Shown piece after piece: positions 59,737 to 64,000 of a stretch of 64,000 bases of DNA. Numbering within the stretch: position 1 is the first letter of the stretch; each line of letters starts with the position of its first letter. The position numbers and the translations under genes were made by a program. The notes under the pieces are model-generated. The model did not search any database. It saw only the letters and a list, made by a program, of their open reading frames with translations, and had not been told where the DNA came from. Origin of the DNA: a virus. The DNA lies in IMG/VR virus record IMGVR_UViG_3300031215_000011, positions 1 through 64,000 of that record. One strand, 5' to 3'.

Positions 59737-60303
59737 ATGGGACTAATAGACAGCACTAAGCAATTTTTTAATCAGTTAAAGCTAAATCATTCTATTCAAG
59801 GGAGCGGTAATGTATCCACTACGACTGATAACCAATTGTACTTTATTAGGAAAAAGAGAAATGCAGGAGCAGGCCCACAAAGGGAGGGTTCTTATTTGAA
59901 CATCCAATGGGTTCCTGAGAATGTAAACGTTTCGAGGAATACTGATAACCAAGCGGTAAAAGTAGTGGGGAGGAACAACCCTTTTTATCATTATACGAGT
60001 GGGGAGACTTTGCTTTCGATGACCTTAGATTTTTACTCGGCTGCTGAGGATTCTCCTGAGGTTATTAGAAAATGTAGATGGTTGGAATCTTTGAGCATGA
60101 ATAACGGTTCTGAGGAGCCTCCTGAAAATGTTATTTTGATATGGGGAGAGTTGTTCAAAGATGAGGTTTGGATTGTTAAGAATGTGAATTACCAATTAGG
60201 TAACTTCAATAAAGAGTTTGGGTTTTTACCTCAGCAAGCTTACGTGGATATAACTTTAGCTTTGGACCCTGATGAAAATACTAAAGTTTCAGATTTAATA
60301 TAA
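59737..60303 (+). CDS. putative baseplate/tube-initiator protein
   Basis: 188 aa, immediately after the tape measure. Assigned by position only. Confidence 0.35.
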   Translation: MGLIDSTKQFFNQLKLNHSIQGSGNVSTTTDNQLYFIRKKRNAGAGPQREGSYLNIQWVPENVNVSRNTDNQAVKVVGRNNPFYHYTSGETLLSMTLDFYSAAEDSPEVIRKCRWLESLSMNNGSEEPPENVILIWGELFKDEVWIVKNVNYQLGNFNKEFGFLPQQAYVDITLALDPDENTKVSDLI

Positions 60304-60617
60304 TGGCTATAGATATTCCAAGTAATAATTTGTACACTACAGGCTCGATAATTGAGTTCGAGGAGGGAGACATGGCTTTGGTCAGAGATAAGCTTGTAAT
60401 CGAGCCGAATGAGCAGGATTCTTACCATTTAGTAAGAGAGGGAGAGCGTATAGATCAAATAGCTTACAAAAACTACTCTAAGTACGTCATTGATTCTACA
60501 AAGTATTGGTGGATTATAGCAGATGCCAACGGTATCCATAATCCTTTAGATTTAACTGAGTGGGTAGGTACAGAATTATTGATACCTCACTTTCCTAGGA
60601 TTAAGATAGAGTTATGA
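60303..60617 (+). CDS. LysM-like tail protein (P2 gpX-like)
   Basis: YHLVREGERIDQIAYKNY...WWIIADANGIHNPLDL..GTELLIP is a LysM-type fold motif. 104 aa, upstream of the gpD-like gene. Confidence 0.55.
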   Translation: MAIDIPSNNLYTTGSIIEFEEGDMALVRDKLVIEPNEQDSYHLVREGERIDQIAYKNYSKYVIDSTKYWWIIADANGIHNPLDLTEWVGTELLIPHFPRIKIEL

Positions 60618-61786
60618 GTAATAAAGCCCCTTACATACAGGTCGTTTTGAAGGATACTCGAACCGACCTTTCTCAGTATATTGACTACTTCAAGTTCGAG
60701 CAGGACATGGATAAAGATAACTTGCTTGAGTTTAAAATGGCTCATAAGGATAATAAGGAAATGATTGACTTGATAGATACTGCTGACTTAAATACGGGTA
60801 AGTATTTAAAGTTTCATTTCGGTTATTTGGGAGATCAGGTTTCAGAAAATAAGGTGGCACGGATTAGCAACTTTAAACCCAAGTATGCTAAGTTGGTAAA
60901 CGCCATAGTACAAGCTTTAGATAAAGGAGCGGAATTAAAAAAGAACAAGCCTAAAACTATATGGGAGGATAAAACCTCAAGTCAGATAGCTATTGAAATT
61001 GCTAGGGCTTACAGCATGACTTTCGAGGTTGACCCTACGACTAAAATTTGGGATTCTTTACCTCAAGGGGACAAGAGCGATTTTGAGTTTTTACAAGAAA
61101 TGGCAGATAAGGAACCGGATAATTATGTTTTCTACATTCAAGGGGACAAATTATTATTCAAGAAAATAGGTTTAGAGAAAATAGCTAAATTTCTTTACAG
61201 CTACGGAGACCCTGATTTGATTCACTTTTTACCTTCCATTGAGGAGACTAAAGATAAAGACGGGGAAGCTTCTCAGGTAACTGCTAAGGGGTATGACCCA
61301 AGGAAAAAATCTTCGGTAAGTGCTACTTCTAAAAACAGTCAAACTAAACTTGGGGCCAACAGCTACCATTACGACTACGATGTAAACGGAAATGAGAAAA
61401 AGGTAATGGATAAACCTGTTTTCATTCCTACAGATGATAAAGAAGAACTTCAAAACACAGCCGATTCTAAGCAGAAAAAAGCTAACCTGAATGTGATAAC
61501 AGCGGAATTAAAAGTACAAGGTAACCCCCTATTGGAGGTAGGCGAATTAGTTACTATCAAAAAGGTTTCAAAAAAGTTTGAGGGGAATTGGCTAATTTCA
61601 CGGGTAACTCAAGTCATCTTAGGAGGCTCTACTTATACTACGATTTGTAAGCTTAAAAAGAATGGGGCTAATAAACCTCTATCCAAAGGGAACGAGGAAG
61701 GGCGAGCGAACAAAACAGTAGGAAGGACTAATCCTGAGGCCACTAAAAAAATATACAACTACGATGTAGATGGTAACGCAAAATGA
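60614..61786 (+). CDS. baseplate hub protein (P2 gpD / late control D-like)
   Basis: 390 aa. Position is between the LysM protein and the spike. Confidence 0.5.
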   Translation: MSNKAPYIQVVLKDTRTDLSQYIDYFKFEQDMDKDNLLEFKMAHKDNKEMIDLIDTADLNTGKYLKFHFGYLGDQVSENKVARISNFKPKYAKLVNAIVQALDKGAELKKNKPKTIWEDKTSSQIAIEIARAYSMTFEVDPTTKIWDSLPQGDKSDFEFLQEMADKEPDNYVFYIQGDKLLFKKIGLEKIAKFLYSYGDPDLIHFLPSIEETKDKDGEASQVTAKGYDPRKKSSVSATSKNSQTKLGANSYHYDYDVNGNEKKVMDKPVFIPTDDKEELQNTADSKQKKANLNVITAELKVQGNPLLEVGELVTIKKVSKKFEGNWLISRVTQVILGGSTYTTICKLKKNGANKPLSKGNEEGRANKTVGRTNPEATKKIYNYDVDGNAK

Positions 61787-62652
61787 TAGCAGAATTTAAA
61801 AAAATATTGGCTCAATTTGGTCTCGAATACTTTAACAAGTATTACGGGATTTACCATGGTACAGTTGCGGATGTAGAGGACGAGGAATTCCTTGGACGTA
61901 TAAAAGTAAAAGTCCCTTTCATTTATGGGGAGGACAAAGTACCTAACAAATGGGCATGGCCAAAAGGCAATTTAGCAGGTAAGCAGATAGGCTTTTTCGC
62001 AGTCCCTAACGTAGGCGATGCTGTTTGGGTATCCTTTGTAGGGGGAGACCCAAGATTCCCCGTGTGGGAGCATGGATGGTGGGCTACTGATGAGGTTCCC
62101 GAGGAGGCTAAAGATGAGGATAGGACTAGTCCAAGTAAAATGATTTGGAAATCTACGTCAGGGCATACTATAGAGTTAGATGATTTAGAGGAGAAAGAGT
62201 TAATTCGCATCAAAGACAAATGGGGGAATGAGGTACTACTCAATGAGGAGGGTATGCAATTATCTACTCACGAAGAGGCTACGGTAAACGTGGTTAAGAT
62301 GGATGAGTTCGGTATTAAGATTACTTCCAATGAGGATGAGCAGACTATTTTTATAGATACGGAAAACGGGCTTATTCACGTTGAGGATGTTAATGGAAAT
62401 ATAGTAGAATTAAATTCTACAGGGGCTAGTATTGTGAGCGGCGCAATCAGCTTCGGCACTTTAGATGGGAGTGCAGAACCTGCAATATTAGGAGATACGG
62501 CTTGTGAGTGGTTGACAGATTTATGCACGGCTTTGGAAAATGTGAAGGTTACAACCGCAGCAGGGCCTATGCCATTCCTTAATTTGCCTGAGTTTATAGC
62601 ACTAAAAGCTAAAATAGATACTCTAAAGTCTGAAATTGTTACGTTGGATTAG
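61783..62652 (+). CDS. baseplate spike (gpV/gp5/VgrG-like OB-fold)
   Basis: YGIYHGTVADVEDEEFLGRIKVKVP...GFFAVPNVGDAVWVSFVGGDPRFPVWEHGWW is the Phage_base_V/gp5 OB signature. Confidence 0.8.
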   Translation: MIAEFKKILAQFGLEYFNKYYGIYHGTVADVEDEEFLGRIKVKVPFIYGEDKVPNKWAWPKGNLAGKQIGFFAVPNVGDAVWVSFVGGDPRFPVWEHGWWATDEVPEEAKDEDRTSPSKMIWKSTSGHTIELDDLEEKELIRIKDKWGNEVLLNEEGMQLSTHEEATVNVVKMDEFGIKITSNEDEQTIFIDTENGLIHVEDVNGNIVELNSTGASIVSGAISFGTLDGSAEPAILGDTACEWLTDLCTALENVKVTTAAGPMPFLNLPEFIALKAKIDTLKSEIVTLD

Positions 62653-62665
62653 TTAAATTTGTAGT

Positions 62666-62995
62666 ATGCCAGTACCTGTAGGACAAGGATTAGATAAAGC
62701 AAGTTTAAAATCAGCTATTGAGGCTGCTCTAGCTGCTGTAGAGGCGAGTACCACTAAAGATAGTGACCCTGCTACGGTAAGGAGCGATTTAGCGCAAGAT
62801 TTAGCGGATGCTTTTGAGACGTTTGTTAAAACGGCTAAGGTAGAAACCAACGTAACCACAGACACTACAGGCACGGTTGCAGTAGGAATACCCGTAGCTA
62901 CGGCAGGTAGTCCTGCAGCACAAACAGGAGCGACTACAGCGCCCGGGTCTTCCACGGGAACGGGTGCAGGAGATGGATTAGGTAGATTAGTTTAA
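62666..62995 (+). CDS. hypothetical Ala/Thr/Gly-rich protein
   Basis: 109 aa. Locally GC-rich with a mirror ORF on the opposite strand. The + strand is chosen by operon context and the TTAGTTAAATTTG box 4 nt upstream. Confidence 0.5.
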   Translation: MPVPVGQGLDKASLKSAIEAALAAVEASTTKDSDPATVRSDLAQDLADAFETFVKTAKVETNVTTDTTGTVAVGIPVATAGSPAAQTGATTAPGSSTGTGAGDGLGRLV

Positions 62996-62999
62996 AACA

Positions 63000-63389
63000 A
63001 TGAGTAAGAAATACGCATATTTAGGTTCAGCTATAGCTTACCCTCCTCGGTTAGAGAATGGGAGGTTAGCGATTGTGAGCGGTCTCGATGTTATAAAAGC
63101 TTCCTTGCTTCAAATATTTACCACCCCAAAAGGGACTAGGTTTATGTTAGGAGAATATGGCTCAGATATGGAAGAGGGCTTATTTGAACTAGGAGATGGT
63201 ATCCTTCAAGGTTTACTCAGGCACTACATAAAAGATGCGTTCGTGTGGGAGAAGAGAGCGAAATTTAAAAACGTTACTTTTGAATCTTCGGACGAGGGAG
63301 TTATTTTATGCAACGTAGAATATGAGATATTAGCCGTTAATGAGGTTGATAGTTTTGTATTCCCGTATTATACAAAATTGGTACACTAA
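63000..63389 (+). CDS. baseplate wedge protein (gp25/gpW-like)
   Basis: DVIKASLLQIFTTPKGTRFMLGEYGSDMEEGLFE matches the GPW_gp25 motif (I..lL.T..GeR.m.p.fGs.l...lFe). Confidence 0.8.
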   Translation: MSKKYAYLGSAIAYPPRLENGRLAIVSGLDVIKASLLQIFTTPKGTRFMLGEYGSDMEEGLFELGDGILQGLLRHYIKDAFVWEKRAKFKNVTFESSDEGVILCNVEYEILAVNEVDSFVFPYYTKLVH

Positions 63390-64000
63390 TGGGATTAATT
63401 TCTTCAAACAGTTGGTTAAAGTATTTCGATAGAAGTTACCAACAAATCAAAGCTCAAGTATTAACCACAATGCAGATTAGGGTGCCTGAAATTACGGACC
63501 ATTCTGAATCGAATTTGTTTGTTAAAATGGTATCCATTTGGGCAGGTATTTCTGAGATGTTAGGGTACTACATAGACAACCAAGGTAGGGAAGCTTTCAT
63601 AGGCACTTGCAGGTTGTACAAAAGTGCTGTTCAAATAGCTGCTTCTAGGGATTACAGAATAAGGGCTTATAATCCTGCTTCTGTTACGCTAACTTTTTCA
63701 ATAGAGGAGGCAGCAGGCGCACAGGTTACAATACCTACAGGTACAGTAATTTCAGACGCAGATGATGAGATTAAATTTTCAACTACTGAGGATGCAGTTA
63801 TAGCAGTAGGTCAAACTACTGTTTCAATTTCAGCTACCCAAACCGAAACGATTACTGATTTAGTTTTAGGTAACTCCTCAGGAGAGGAGGATGAGGTTAC
63901 GGTTATAGATGATAAAGTAGCAGACGGTTCTGTTTTACTTAAAGTGAGTAACGTAGCTTGGGAGAATCAAGATACTTTAGCTTGGTCGGGTTCCTTGGAT
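63389..64000 (+). CDS. baseplate J-like protein (gp6/gpJ), 5' partial, continues beyond the window
   Basis: TAATG-coupled start. The frame is open to the window end (204 codons). Position after gp25 is typical of Baseplate_J. Confidence 0.65.
   Translation, partial: MGLISSNSWLKYFDRSYQQIKAQVLTTMQIRVPEITDHSESNLFVKMVSIWAGISEMLGYYIDNQGREAFIGTCRLYKSAVQIAASRDYRIRAYNPASVTLTFSIEEAAGAQVTIPTGTVISDADDEIKFSTTEDAVIAVGQTTVSISATQTETITDLVLGNSSGEEDEVTVIDDKVADGSVLLKVSNVAWENQDTLAWSGSLD

Noticed and set aside
62653-62955. 100-aa - strand ORF mirroring the 62666-62995 gene
   Set aside because: The local GC-rich, Ala-rich sequence keeps both strands open. Operon context and the upstream box favour the + strand.

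Overview
The window is a 64-kb stretch of a tailed dsDNA phage genome. All credible genes are on the + strand and are tightly packed, often with ATGA or TAATG stop/start overlaps. No rRNA, tRNA, CRISPR array, integrase or transposase was seen.

The promoters fit the Bacteroidota pattern TTTG-N19-TAnnTTTG, so the host is probably a Bacteroidota (flavobacterial-type) bacterium. That host assignment is an inference.

Layout:
- 1-290: an iteron/inverted-repeat array.
- 0.5-21.3 kb: replication and recombination module. It holds a DnaB-like helicase, HU-like protein, primase, an orphan proteasome/HslV-like Ntn hydrolase, an SF2 helicase, a UDG-like::family-A DNA polymerase fusion, a putative SSB, a NinB/Orf-like protein, Mre11/Rad50-like proteins, a MazG-like protein, an Hjc-like resolvase, RNase H, a GIY-YIG nuclease and a Dda/RecD-like helicase. 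A lysis cassette (amidase, holin-like and membrane-anchored proteins) is embedded in it.
- 21.4-24.9 kb: an operon with a very acidic protein, a J-domain protein and a GroES-like co-chaperonin.
- 24.9-29.6 kb: the most unusual region. One promoter drives a pyruvoyl-type SAM decarboxylase, a GT-A-like protein, an IbrA-like PAPS reductase, an IbrB-like ParB/Srx protein, a class I methyltransferase-fold protein and two more ParB-like paralogs. These run straight into terS/terL.
- 31.8-40.3 kb: an accessory island of about 24 small ORFs that splits terminase from portal. It is punctuated by near-identical promoter cassettes and contains a 31-bp duplication footprint of a gene insertion.
- 40.3-64 kb: a contractile-tail structural module. 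It holds a portal::MuF fusion, protease/scaffold, capsid, fibres with a stand-alone S74 chaperone domain, a DUF285/BspA-like repeat protein, sheath, tube, a chaperone with a canonical -1 slippery site, the tape measure and the baseplate.

All functional calls rest on motif recognition by eye. No database search was run, and start codons are best guesses.
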